Shown: positions 1 through 12,026, counted from the whole stretch's first letter. The stretch is 63,233 nucleotides of DNA, filler included, from Octopus bimaculoides (GCF_001194135.2; 11 parts of 9 records of this genome joined end to end with filler, not necessarily neighbours in it), one strand, 5' to 3'. Notes: generated by a model from the sequence alone, not told the origin. Made by a program: numbers and translations.

Positions 1-100
1 TGTGTGTGTGTGTGTGTGTGTGCGCGCGCGCGTGTGGAGAGAATAAAAATAAAAGAATACAAAATCGATACAAAAACAACTGCGGCAACACAACAGAATC

Positions 101-139
<39 letters not shown>

Positions 140-390
140 GTATTGATAATGGTATATTGGTAGTCGCGTTGGTGGTGGTGGAGGTGGTGGTAGTGGTGGT
201 TGTGGTGGTGGCGGTGGTGATAAGGATGCGGGAGATGATGATAATGAGGACGATAACGATGGTGATGATGATGATGATTGTAATGTTACACAATGTGTTT
301 TAACAAGTTGCCATTGCTGTCAGGATTGCTATCAACCATCAGACTGTCCATCCATCCATCCATCCATCCATCCATCCATCCATCCATCCT
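1..390. repeat. Microsatellite cluster (TG)n, (GAT)n, (GTG)n, (CATC)n
   Basis: Directly visible simple repeats at about 1-30, 100-139, 168-220 and 347-390. Confidence 0.95.
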
Positions 391-1338
391 TCCATCTATG
401 CACCCATCCAAACACACACATATATATATACACATACAAACATACATACATACATACATACATACATACATACACACATATATGCACATGCATATATATA
501 TATATATANNNNNNNNNNNNNNNNNNNNNNNNNNNNNNNNNNNNNNNNNNNNNNNNNNNNNNNNNNNNNNNNNNNNNNNNNNNNNNNNNNNNNNNNNNNN
601 NNNNNNNNNNNNNNNNNNNNNNNNNNNNNNNNNNNNNNNNNNNNNNNNNNNNNNNNNNNNNNNNNNNNNNNNNNNNNNNNNNNNNNNNNNNNNNNNNNNN
701 NNNNNNNNNNNNNNNNNNNNNNNNNNNNNNNNNNNNNNNNNNNNNNNNNNNNNNNNNNNNNNNNNNNNNNNNNNNNNNNNNNNNNNNNNNNNNNNNNNNN
801 NNNNNNNNNNNNNNNNNNNNNNNNNNNNNNNNNNNNNNNNNNNNNNNNNNNNNNNNNNNNNNNNNNNNNNNNNNNNNNNNNNNNNNNNNNNNNNNNNNNN
901 NNNNNNNNNNNNNNNNNNNNNNNNNNNNNNNNNNNNNNNNNNNNNNNNNNNNNNNNNNNNNNNNNNNNNNNNNNNNNNNNNNNNNNNNNNNNNNNNNNNN
1001 NNNNNNNNNNNNNNNNNNNNNNNNNNNNNNNNNNNNNNNNNNNNNNNNNNNNNNNNNNNNNNNNNNNNNNNNNNNNNNNNNNNNNNNNNNNNNNNNNNNN
1101 NNNNNNNNNNNNNNNNNNNNNNNNNNNNNNNNNNNNNNNNNNNNNNNNNNNNNNNNNNNNNNNNNNNNNNNNNNNNNNNNNNNNNNNNNNNNNNNNNNNN
1201 NNNNNNNNNNNNNNNNNNNNNNNNNNNNNNNNNNNNNNNNNNNNNNNNNNNNNNNNNNNNNNNNNNNNNNNNNNNNNNNNNNNNNNNNNNNNNNNNNNNN
1301 NNNNNNNNNNNNNNNNNNNNNNNNNNNNNNNNNNNNNG

Positions 1339-1470
1339 GAAAATAACCATAGCGAGGGACATTCCACAGTTGAATTAGAACAGTCACAAACAGTGAAAGA
1401 AGACATGCACCCAACACCAGAGCTGAAGACACCTCCGAAAGGGGGTGGCCCCGCCACGTCAAAACGGTAG
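1339..1470 (+). CDS. Possible coding exon fragment of an unidentified gene
   Basis: Relatively GC-rich non-repetitive island; open frame from the gap edge ENNHSEGHSTVELEQSQTVKEDMHPTPELKTPPKGGGPATSKR*; the opposite strand is also open; no family recognised. Confidence 0.2.
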   Translation, partial: ENNHSEGHSTVELEQSQTVKEDMHPTPELKTPPKGGGPATSKR

Positions 1471-1856
1471 AGGAGTAGGGGCCGAAACCGGACGTGGTTC
1501 CTCCTGATGATGTCTTCAGCTAACTGGATCCTATAAAGCAGCTGTTGTGGTAGCAGACCACGAAACATGGTTGAAATTCCTTCCTATGTGTGATATCACT
1601 GCTGCTGCTGCTGCTGCTGCTGTTGTTGCTGTTGCTGTTGTTGTTGTTGTTGTTGTTACCACTCGCAATGACTTGCTAAATCTACTCTCGTCACCAGTTT
1701 TCATTGAATGCTCCTCTTTCGAGGCATGTATGGGTGCCTGCAATTAATCTTTTTAAAGCATAGGAAATCTGAGCTTTCCAAGATGCAGAGATAAGTTATG
1801 TTTTCTTTCTCAATGTCGCAATGGGACTGAGGTATGGATACATCTTACCTTATAGG

Positions 1857-1990
1857 CAAATGGTTCTCAATCAGGGTCCACAAGACCCTTGAGGGGGGTC
1901 CATATCAAATTTTGTGGTTAAAATTTACCTTCAATAAATTCCTTATACTTCTACGGTACACAAAATATTTTAACAATTTTTTCATACAGT
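1857..1990 (+). mobile_element. hAT/Charlie-like MITE 5' end remnant
   Basis: Starts CAAATGGTTCTCAATCAGGGTCCA, resembling the CAGTGGTTCTCAAC-type termini of Charlie-like MITEs; other end not found. Confidence 0.4.
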
Positions 1991-2001
1991 TCCTAACAAT
2001 A

Positions 2002-2140
2002 GATGCAGACGTAGCTGTGTGGTAAGAATCTTTCTTCTCAACCACATGGTTCTGGGTTCAGTGCCTTCTTGGGCAAGTGCCTTCTACTATAGCCTCAAAC
2101 CAATCAAAGCCTTGTAAGTGGATTTGGTAGCTAGAAACTG
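2002..2140 (+). mobile_element. SINE family A, 5' part
   Basis: GTAGCTGTGTGGTAAG...GGTTCAGT...TTGGGCAAGTGCCTTCTACTATAGCC, matching copies at 14.4, 16.05 and 60.6 kb. Confidence 0.8.
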
Positions 2141-2151
2141 ATATATAAGTT

Positions 2152-2355
2152 GCAGGGACGTAAACACACCAACATCGGTTGTCAAGTGGTGATGAGGACA
2201 AACACAGACACAAAGACACACACACACACACATACATATATATATATATCGGTTGTCAAGTGGTGATGAGGACAAACACAGACACAAAGACACACACACA
2301 CACACACACACATACATATATATATATATCGGTTGTCAAGTGGTGATGAGGACAA
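2152..2355 (-). repeat. Tandemly amplified internal segment of SINE family A
   Basis: CGGTTGTCAAGTGGTGATGAGGACAA recurs at about 2176, 2250 and 2330, separated by (CA)n(TA)n; runs into a gap. Confidence 0.85.
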
Positions 2356-2861
2356 NNNNNNNNNNNNNNNNNNNNNNNNNNNNNNNNNNNNNNNNNNNNN
2401 NNNNNNNNNNNNNNNNNNNNNNNNNNNNNNNNNNNNNNNNNNNNNNNNNNNNNNNNNNNNNNNNNNNNNNNNNNNNNNNNNNNNNNNNNNNNNNNNNNNN
2501 NNNNNNNNNNNNNNNNNNNNNNNNNNNNNNNNNNNNNNNNNNNNNNNNNNNNNNNNNNNNNNNNNNNNNNNNNNNNNNNNNNNNNNNNNNNNNNNNNNNN
2601 NNNNNNNNNNNNNNNNNNNNNNNNNNNNNNNNNNNNNNNNNNNNNNNNNNNNNNNNNNNNNNNNNNNNNNNNNNNNNNNNNNNNNNNNNNNNNNNNNNNN
2701 NNNNNNNNNNNNNNNNNNNNNNNNNNNNNNNNNNNNNNNNNNNNNNNNNNNNNNNNNNNNNNNNNNNNNNNNNNNNNNNNNNNNNNNNNNNNNNNNNNNN
2801 NNNNNNNNNNNNNNNNNNNNNNNNNNNNNNNNNNNNNNNNNNNNNNNNNNNNNNNNNNNNN

Positions 2862-2951
2862 GAACTCGGGCATATGGCGTAGTGGTTAAGAGCGTGAGCT
2901 ACTAACCCCAATATTCGAAATTCGATTCCGAGTTCGATTCCAAGCAGTGAT

Positions 2952-2985
<34 letters not shown>

Positions 2986-3159
2986 GCGAAAAATACCTTA
3001 GGAATGAGAACGTAGATTCGAAATTTCCCCAAGACACCTGATGAAGGCTGGAGGGTATATCAGCCGAAACGTTGTGTTAACAACAAACAAAATGAAGACA
3101 AATATCCGTCAAATGTAAATAATGTAAATAATGTAAATAATGTAAATAATGTAAATAAT
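2862..3159 (+). mobile_element. SINE family D: tRNA-like head, (AAT)n, hammerhead motif, (AATGTAAAT)n tail
   Basis: A box TGGCGTAGTGG 2875-2885, B box GAGTTCGATTCC 2930-2941, 9-bp tandem tail at about 3111-3159; second copy at 22170-22405. Confidence 0.85.
3033..3078 (+). ncRNA. Minimal type I hammerhead ribozyme motif
   Basis: Stem I GACAC(3033-37)/GTGTT(3074-78); core CTGATGA 3038-44; extra A; stem II GGCTG(3046-50)/CAGCC(3061-65); GAAA 3066-69; CG; predicted cleavage 3' of GUU at 3073. Confidence 0.75.
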
Positions 3160-3362
3160 GGCTAAAAGGGTCCTCGCAAAATCTGATATGGCGTACCGGC
3201 AGTTTTTTTTTCCAATGTGCCAGGGACCGGTAATATTTCTTAGTAATATTAATTTATACAGGAGCCAATATATATAATGAATATAATAACAGTTGACAAT
3301 TTTTAAAATCTTATATTTATTTTGTAAACAAATAATACAATATTACATAAGCATTTTATAAT

Positions 3363-3454
3363 GTTTCTTTCTTTTCTGGAAACTCGCCGCGTACCGGCAG
3401 CTGATGGCTCGCGGACCGGCACCGCTCAGCGGACCATCACATTGAGTAGTAATG
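3363..3454 (+). mobile_element. hAT-like MITE 3' end remnant
   Basis: TTTCTGGAAACTCGCC...GGACCATCACATTGAGTAGTAATG; related to 59958-60049, which ends CACTTTGAGAAGCACTG. Confidence 0.5.
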
Positions 3455-3874
3455 ATATAGATTTTTCTTCTCTAGATCATTTATTTGAGGTAACCTCAGC
3501 GAAAAAAGAGGCCGGAAACGCTTTACCTATTCCTGAGTTCGAGTTTTCTTTTCATTCTTTTGTTTGGCGAAACGAATTTTGTGTTCTTACTGCAGTTGTT
3601 ATAATTTTATGAGTCATTTAAATNNNNNNNNNNNNNNNNNNNNNNNNNNNNNNNNNNNNNNNNNNNNNNNNNNNNNNNNNNNNNNNNNNNNNNNNNNNNN
3701 NNNNNNNNNNNNNNNNNNNNNNNNNNNNNNNNNNNNNNNNNNNNNNNNNNNNNNNNNNNNNNNNNNNNNNNNNCCCTACAAATAAATAAGTCACCCTATT
3801 TAGAGATTCTGCTTAAAAAGATATTTTTTGATGTAGTCTCATCCGTTATTAATCCACAATGTAGGGGAGCCAAA

Positions 3875-3935
<61 letters not shown>

Positions 3936-3960
3936 GCTACTACTACTAATAATAATAGTG

Positions 3961-4026
<66 letters not shown>
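3875..4026. repeat. (TAC)n followed by (TAA)n microsatellite
   Basis: Directly visible. Confidence 0.95.
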
Positions 4027-4028
<2 letters not shown>

Positions 4029-5234
4029 CTTTTCTTCTATAGGCACAAGCAGTAACAACAATAATATTCTTGTTTGAAAGACCGGATACATATCTCTCTC
4101 TCTATTTCTCTTTCTCTTTCTCTATTTCTTTTTAAAAATATTATTTTGTTTGCTAAAACAATGCCAAAAAAAAAAAGAAAAAGAGAAATTTTCATTTAAA
4201 AAAAGTAAATGCATGAAAAGAATGAAATTTATGAAATTCTTTCCTTATTGCCACAAGCACAAAAATGGAAATTGTAATAGTGAATGTCATCAAAAGGGAA
4301 CATTTTCTTCAGATTTTCAAAGTTGAGGAAATATAATTCTTGCTACCAGGAATAAAAATTTTGAAAAGGATTGTCTTTCTATACAGAAAGAGATATTTTC
4401 CAGGCAAAATTTAATTTTAATGTGATGCCAAAGCATCTATTTTAAACAATGTTTTAAGATACTGCTACTCTAAACTATTAAATGGAAATGAAATACAGTT
4501 TTAGAAACTGTCGATTTCAAGAAACTACTTTAACTGTTTTAACCAGAAGAAATATTGTGAAACTTCAATAGGTTTCCCTACTAAATTCTTTTCTTTTTTT
4601 TTCATGTAAGTTTTTAAAAAAGATTTTTTCTTTTAGAAATTATTTAGTCTGAATAGAAGTAGCAGTGCTTATAGCTTTTGAAGGCCTTCCTAGATTGGTG
4701 GATTTCAAGTACTTGATATTCTGTTTTCTCTTCTGTGGATTTAATGCCTGTAGGGAAATAGTGGGCAGCGAGGAAACTGTAGATTATTGCAGGCTTCAAG
4801 AGTAAAAGATCAGCTTTGAGCTGTTTTTTTTTTTACTCTTGAAAACTTTATGGCTGAGAGATTGAAGGCCGATATGCAACAAGGCTGAAACATCTAGGGA
4901 AGAGACAAAGGAGAACTGAGACACTGGGGGCTGAGAGATTGTGGGCTAGCCACACTAGGGCTGAAAGAGAGTACGACTGAGAGTTGAGACGGTATCGATA
5001 ATAAAATGACAAGTGATAGAATTACGTAGTTATTCCGCAAGAGAAGGAGTTATTAAAGTTAGTAAGAGATTCTAGGGAGAGCTGAACAGTAGAAGGTCTT
5101 CAGAGTAGACGCCCCGACCCCACCACTCCATGCAGGAGTTTTGTTCCTTAATTTCTTACGCTCTAAGGGGGCTAGGCCGCATCAAGGCCATGACTGCTGG
5201 GTACTCCACTGCTGTCACATTCTGCTCTACTTTC

Positions 5235-5525
5235 TTATTTCTTTATTGCCCACAAAGGGTTAAACATAAAGAGGACGAACAAGGACAGACAAACGGATCA
5301 AGTCGATTACATCAACCCCAGTGCGTAACTGGTACTTAATTTATCGACCCCGAAAGGATGAAAGGCAAAGTCGACCTTGGTGGAATTTGAACTCAGAACG
5401 TAACGGNNNNNNNNNNAAAGGCAAAGTCGACCTTGGTGGAATTTGAACTCAGAACGTAACGGCAGACGAAATACCGCTAAGCATTTCGCCCGGCGTGCTA
5501 ACGTTTCTGCCAGCTCGCCGCCTTC
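5235..5525 (-). mobile_element. SINE family B (conserved central domain)
   Basis: Reverse complement of GGCGGCGAGCTGGCAGAAACGTTAGC...GTCGACTTTGCCTTTCATCCTTTCGGGGTCGATAAATTAAGTACCAG; small overlap duplicated across the 10-N gap. Confidence 0.9.
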
Positions 5526-5994
5526 TGCTCTACTTTCTGCATTGTAACCTTCCTGGCTGGTTAAGGGCCGCAGAACCAAGACATCTTGGGTATTGTGACT
5601 AGTCCAATCGAAAGCCCCTTTACACGGTAGGGTAGAGTACCCTTTCTGAAATTCACTTCCATTCGTCCTTGATCAGGGTTAGTTGCAGCACTTGTTAGCT
5701 GCTTGAAGAGACAACGAAGGATAAATCGCAACGGTGTGCTAGAGACTCAGAATAGTCGCGGATAAAAGTTTGCCAGTTAATTAGATGCTATTTCGTTTCT
5801 ATGCATTTATAATAGGCAGTGCAGCGTCAATCCAGCATGGCCGCAGTCAAATGACTGAAACAAGTAAAAGAGTAAAAGAGCACATATTTATTATAATACC
5901 TTTACAAGAAGGGCGGTAACAGTGACAACGAAGTTTCAGATAGTTCAATGAAAGCTGAAAATTTGAAATATATATCCCGTTTATTTATATTTCC

Positions 5995-6120
5995 CTGAGA
6001 ACTACGTTAAGGGTACACGTGTCTGTGGAGTGCTCAGCCACTTGCACATTAATATCACGAGTAAGCTGTTCCGTTGATCGTATCAGCTGGGACCCTCGTC
6101 GTCGTAACCGACGGAGTGCT
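5995..6120 (+). mobile_element. SINE family C 3' tail fragment
   Basis: GAGAACTACGTTAAGGGTACACGTGTCTGTGGAGTGCTCAGCC...ACGGAGTG, shared with 7380-7510. Confidence 0.85.
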
Positions 6121-6308
6121 ATATATATATATATATNNNNNNNNNNNNNNNNNNNNNNNNNNNNNNNNNNNNNNNNNNNNNNNNNNNNNNNNNNNNNNNN
6201 NNNNNNNNNNNNNNNNNNNNNNNNNNNNNNNNNNNNNNNNNNNNNNNNNNNNNNNNNNNNNNNNNNNNNNNNNNNNNNNNNNNNNNNNNNNNNNNNNNNN
6301 NNNNNNNT

Positions 6309-6489
6309 TGACACAGAGTGTGACAAAGCTGGCCCTTTGAAATACAGGCAATACTTTGCCAGCTGAGTGAACTGGAGCAACGTGAAATAAAGTGTCTTGC
6401 TCAAGGACACAACGCGTCGCCGGGAATTGAACTCACGACCTGACGATCATGAGCCGAATGCCCTAACCACTAAGCCACGCGCCTTCACA
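6309..6489 (-). mobile_element. tRNA-headed SINE with a GTGTCCTTGAGCAAGACACTT core
   Basis: Minus strand GTGAAGGCGCGTGGCTTAGTGGTTAGG (A box)...GAGTTCAATTCC (B box)...GTGTCCTTGAGCAAGACACTTTATTTCAC; related copy at 41420-41571. Confidence 0.8.
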
Positions 6490-7128
6490 CATTATATCTA
6501 TCTATCTATCTGAGATTGCAGATACTATTTCTGAATCTCTTTGATTCTTTAGATGTGCTGGCCTCCTGATAATTAATCGATATTAATTAATATATGATTA
6601 ATTACCAGATTTTATAATAATATTTTATCTATCTATCTAACTAGGTGTATGCTTGGAAAATTGCTAAGATATTAAGATATTTTTTGTATTTCCTTTAACA
6701 TGAAACCAATGGTAACGTTAACACACAGATAAAGAAATTCTATCCACCAATGCAGTGTTAAGCCCTTATTTTCATCGTTCAACACACAGAGGTTTGTGTG
6801 TGTGCGTTTGTGTACAAGCATACATATAGGCACATATGTATTTCAAGACAACGAAATAATTAGTCAGATGTGTTGTTGGTCTGGAGCATGGGACCACATC
6901 ATGGTGCCTGCATACAGACAGATGGCACGAACAAATTTACGCAAACCTTGGTAGTAGACATACAAATGTGTCAATTTTACCTATTTCTCTGTAGACAGAA
7001 AAAAAAAGCAAAACTGATAAACAACCTTAGCCTATTTTCGATCCTTATTGGAGTCTCATCAGAAGAGTCTACACCACGTGATCAATCCCAGAGAAACAGA
7101 TTATCATTCTGTTTATATACACGTGTAG

Positions 7129-7510
7129 TGGAGACGCAATGGCCCAGTGGTTAGGACAGTGGACTCGCGGTCATAGGATCGCGGTTTCGATTCCCAGACC
7201 GGGCGTTGTGAGTGTTTATTGAGCGAAAACACTTAAAGCTCCACGAAGCTCCGGCAGGGGATGGTGGCGAACCCTGCTGTACTCTTTCACCACAACTTTC
7301 TCTCACTCTTACTTCCTGCTTCTGTTGTGCCTGTAATTCAAAGGGTCAGCCTTGTCACACCGTGTCACGCTGAATATCCCCGAGAACAACGTTAAGGGTA
7401 CACGTGTCTGTGGAGTGCTCAGCCACTTGCACGTTAATTTCACGAGCAGGCTGTTCCATTGATCGGATCAACTGGAACCCTCGACGTCGTAAGCGACGGA
7501 GTGCCAACAA
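7129..7510 (+). mobile_element. SINE family C, near full-length
   Basis: A box TGGCCCAGTGG 7140-50, B box GGTTTCGATTCC 7183-94; body nearly identical to the minus copies at 23.8-24.1 kb and 35.5-35.9 kb. Confidence 0.9.
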
Positions 7511-7612
7511 CATATACACATGAAATCTAGTAACTACAGTGAACTGTATCTACTAACTTGTATATCAATAGTCTTTGACTCTTCATTTGATATCACCAGC
7601 CTAGTGTTTCAG

Positions 7613-7737
7613 GCATAGGCATGAACCCCTTAAACAGAGACGGCGAGAGGCGAAATGCGAACTGCCAGCTACTTCGAGTTATAGCTTGAAACACCACCGT
7701 CACGTCGGCTGGGCTGTGACGCTCAAATACCATAGCA
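7613..7737 (+). CDS. Candidate internal exon (unidentified)
   Basis: GC-rich unique island; acceptor GTGTTTCAG, strong donor GTAAGG at 7738; open frame HRHEPLKQRRREAKCELPATSSYSLKHHRHVGWAVTLKYHS. Confidence 0.2.
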
Positions 7738-8239
7738 GTAAGGAATACTTTCCTTTTTTTTCCACTTTAGTGATTTTTGCATACCTTTTTAACCTCAAAA
7801 TAAATGGATATGCCAGTGTCATCAGTACCACTACTACTATGACTGTTGTTACTATTACTGATATCATCATCATCGTTGTCGTCGTCGTCATCATTATATT
7901 TATATAATCACTGAAGCAAACCATCGCAACATTTTAATTTGCTAATCAATCATCGAATCAAGTACACAATCATCTTGTTATGTAAAAACTTAATCAACCA
8001 AGTGACCGTACAAATAAGCAATAATGCCATTCCTCTTAGGCCTTAATTTTTCTGTATCATATGAGATTAGTTTCTAGATGAAGTGAATATAGAAAGAAAG
8101 AAAGAAAAAAAAGGCGATGAAAGAAAAAGGAAAAAAAAAAAAAAAAATTAACAAATTATTACAATCATATATGTATGCCGGTATTGCTAACAGCATATAC
8201 ACTCCTATTTGAATATGAATTCATGTTCATATAAATAGT

Positions 8240-8295
8240 ACATACATACATACACGTACACATACGTATACATACATATATAAATAAATAAATAA

Positions 8296-8346
<51 letters not shown>

Positions 8347-8617
8347 TGTGTGTGCATGTAGATATACATATCTACCTGCATCCATACATATATGCGTGGG
8401 TACATATAAACATATATGCATGTAAAATGTATATAGCTATATGCAAACATATACATATGTATTTGTATGCGTATATATGCAGATACATACATACATACAT
8501 ACATATCTATCCATCTATCTATCTATCTATCTAGCTAGCTAGCTAGCTAGCTATCTATCTATCAATTTATCTATCTATCTATCTATATATCGAATCTATC
8601 TCTCTATACACACAATA

Positions 8618-8680
<63 letters not shown>

Positions 8681-8912
8681 NNNNNNNNNNNNNNNNNNNN
8701 NNNNNNNNNNNNNNNNNNNNNNNNNNNNNNNNNNNNNNNNNNNNNNNNNNNNNNNNNNNNNNNNNNNNNNNNNNNNNNNNNNNNNNNNNNNNNNNNNNNN
8801 NNNNNNNNNNNNNNNNNNNNNNNNNNNNNNNNNNNNNNNNNNNNNNNNNNNNNNNNNNNNNNNNNNNNNNNNNNNNNNNNNNNNNNNNNNNNNNNNNNNN
8901 NNNNNNNNNNNN

Positions 8913-8990
<78 letters not shown>
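8240..8990. repeat. Compound (TA)n/(TG)n/(TATC)n/(CA)n microsatellites with gap
   Basis: Directly visible. Confidence 0.95.
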
Positions 8991-10127
8991 CTTAATGCAT
9001 ATACGTAATTTAGTGCTACAATTGCATACTTATCCATTCTATTTAAATATCGGGATTTATTCCTGCGGACTTTGGGGTTGTGGAGGAAAACTCTTCTATA
9101 GTGGCAGACCCTTAGTTTTGCAATTTATCCGATTCCGACAACAATTATTTCTCGTTATGAGGGCAAAAAGAAAATTAGTAAGGAACGTCGATCTAACAAT
9201 CCTAAAAGTAAAGGAATTAAAGTATAAAAATACTTAGGTTTCATTTGATTTTTTTAATAAACACGTAATAGAAGTTGAGAAGAAACAGTGGTCATTTCTT
9301 GGGTGGTGATATCGCTGCTAGTAACGGTAGTGGTGTTAGTGGTTGGGGATGGTCAGGGAGGACAGTGATAGTGTTAGTGATGGCGGTAGGTGGGGTTGTG
9401 GGGGTAGGCAGCTCCATTTCTTTCCACTTCTGTTAAAAACCGCCTGAATGTTTGACGTATTTTCAATTGTGTTCGAATGTCCGGTCGTTGCCCCAAGATT
9501 CTTGTGGAACTAACAAGATTACTTTTGACCCCCTCTCTCCCAAAAATAGATTTTTATATTAATAGCTTCACGCAGTTGCCCCTGGTAGGGAAGTCATTTA
9601 ACATCTGTAGAAAACTTCTTCTGCACGCATGACTCATCCATGAGGAGTTTGTTTCATGGTTAAATTATAGTGCAATTATTGCCCTGGTGTAATTTCAAGT
9701 ATAATAGAATTTTTATTAATAATTTACTTATATATATCGTAAAAGAAATTATAAATATATATATATATATATGTATGTATTTATGTTTTTATATGTGTAT
9801 ATATTTTATACATACGTACTATATCTNNNNNNNNNNNNNNNNNNNNNNNNNNNNNNNNNNNNNNNNNNNNNNNNNNNNNNNNNNNNNNNNNNNNNNNNNN
9901 NNNNNNNNNNNNNNNNNNNNNNNNNNNNNNNNNNNNNNNNNNNNNNNNNNNNNNNNNNNNNNNNNNNNNNNNNNNNNNNNNNNNNNNNNNNNNNNNNNNN
10001 NNNNNNNNNNNNNNNNNNNNNNNNNNNNNNNNNNNNNNNNNNNNNNNNNNNNNNNNNNNNNNNNNNNNNNNNNNNNNNNNNNNNNNNNNNNNNNNNNNNN
10101 NNNNNNNNNNNNNNNNNNNNNNNNNNN

Positions 10128-10192
<65 letters not shown>

Positions 10193-10864
10193 CACGCACA
10201 CACTCACATGTGTATATGTATTTTAGTGCTGCACCTCTTTGTACAACTTTTTCTCAGGAATAAATAATATTAAAGTTCCATTAATAATATATACTGGTTA
10301 GTTTTGATTTGATAAATCATAAATATATTAAAGAAGAACGGGGAAGGAATTTGTGGCGTTCATGATAGTCAGAAGAGCATTAGAGACGTAAACTCTGCTT
10401 TTGGTTCAGACTATTGGAAACTTAACTGATATTACGTTTTAATTTCTTTTTTTATTTTATATTTTTTGTTTTTAACCGAGTCAGGGATCAGATCAGAATG
10501 ATGGATAATACTAATGAAAATCTTGCAAGGACCATGGGATCAGAGCAGAAGATCTATCGTATTATCTATCTTCAGACTGTGACCCTGGTTCGAACGCTTA
10601 CAATAAAATCAACCCGCGCATCCAAGAGTGACAGATTAGGCCTACTAACCAAAATGGTTAACTGCCAGTTAAATCAACGTAGCACCAGGCTAAATTTGAA
10701 AGGATATCTGTGACAGCATAGTCTATAGGAACCTATCCTTTTGATATTCATCTAATCTGTAGGATGAAAGCTACGTTAAACTTTAACAGGATTTGAACTC
10801 AGAGCATAGAATAACATTCACGTGATATATTAGAATGCATACTAAACCCCTGTCACATATATAT

Positions 10865-11065
10865 ACTCTTTTACTTGTTTCAGTCATTTGACTGTGGTCA
10901 TGCTGGAGCACCGCCTTTTAGTCGAGCTAATCGACCCCAGGACTTATTCTTTGTAAGCCTAGTACTTATTCTATCGGTCTCTTTTGCCGAACCGCTAAGT
11001 TACGGGGACGTAAACACACCACCATCACAAGCGATGTTGGGGGGGACAAACAGACACACAAACAT

Positions 11066-11096
<31 letters not shown>

Positions 11097-11184
11097 GTAG
11101 AAGACACTTGCCCAAGGTGCCACGCAGTGGGACTGAACCCGGAACCCGGAACCAAGCTACTTACCACACAGCCACTTCTACGCC
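10865..11184 (-). mobile_element. SINE family A, near full-length
   Basis: Tail CTTTTACTTGTTTCAGTCATTTGACTG, internal (CA)n, head ending CACACAGCCACTTCTACGCC. Confidence 0.9.
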
Positions 11185-11593
11185 TCTAAATAATTTTGTG
11201 TAAACACTTTATTTATAGCAGCGCAGAATAAGATAAAAGCTAACAATATAGAGAATTATTTCGTTCTAGCTTGGAGAAAAGCTCCATTGACACTTTGATA
11301 GGCTGTTAAGATGGAAATAGTAACGTCGTATTGCGTGGAATATCGAGTATTAGTGCTTTGTAAAAGACACGTCGGAACACTGTTGTACTTTTTGCAACAA
11401 TCTGAAATACAATGTACCAACACCACACACAACAGAAATCACAAGTCAATTTGAGAACTTTTACGTGGTCACTCGACCTTCTCTAGAAATAGCACTCAAA
11501 TTTCCATTGAAACCAACCCTGCCGTCTTAGTAAAAGATAATGAAATATTAACCAATTTAGTCTGAGATATACAAAAGCCAAGGTGGGAAAGCC

Positions 11594-11750
11594 CTTCTTC
11601 TTCTTCTTCTTCTTCTTCTTCTTCTTCTTCTTTTTCTTCTTCTTCTTCTTCTTCTTCTTCTTCTTCTTCTTCTTCTTCTTCTTCTTCTTCTTCTTCTTCT
11701 TCTTCTTCTTCTTCTTCTTCTTCTTCTTCTTCTTCTTCTTCTTCTTCTTC
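11594..11750. repeat. (CTT)n / (GAA)n tract
   Basis: About 155 bp with one interruption; source of the poly-Arg ORF. Confidence 0.97.
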
Positions 11751-12026
11751 TATTGAGCAATCAATGGCCTTGTTATGTCCTCACTCAAATAAAGATGCAA
11801 ATTCTTTTTTGGTGTTTGAATGTTTTATTTTGTTTTACCCGAGACACCAAGAACAAATACAACAAGGGTGGGATTTACTCTCAGAATGTAAAGAGTAAAC
11901 AGCGTCAACTGTTTATGAATACCAACTTCAAATAACACTACTTACTCCATCAACAATCGAAGTTCACCAATTATTTCTTATGCCAGTCATTAAAATCACA
12001 GAAAGAAATTGTAAAATAGATACTTC

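Noticed and set aside
1339-1568. LRRNT-like Cys pattern (CMSSFTVCDCSNSTVEC) on the minus strand
   Set aside because: Composition is explained as antisense of an E/T/K/P-rich plus frame; no LRR follows before the gap.
4680-5160. Possible old CR1/L2-type LINE remnant on the minus strand
   Set aside because: No diagnostic motif could be read; left unannotated.
5364-5466. Short duplication inside a SINE
   Set aside because: Overlap across a 10-N gap.
7129-7200. tRNA-like sequences here and at 2870, 6420 and 35790
   Set aside because: They continue into SINE bodies and lack a complete acceptor stem; SINE heads, not tRNA genes.
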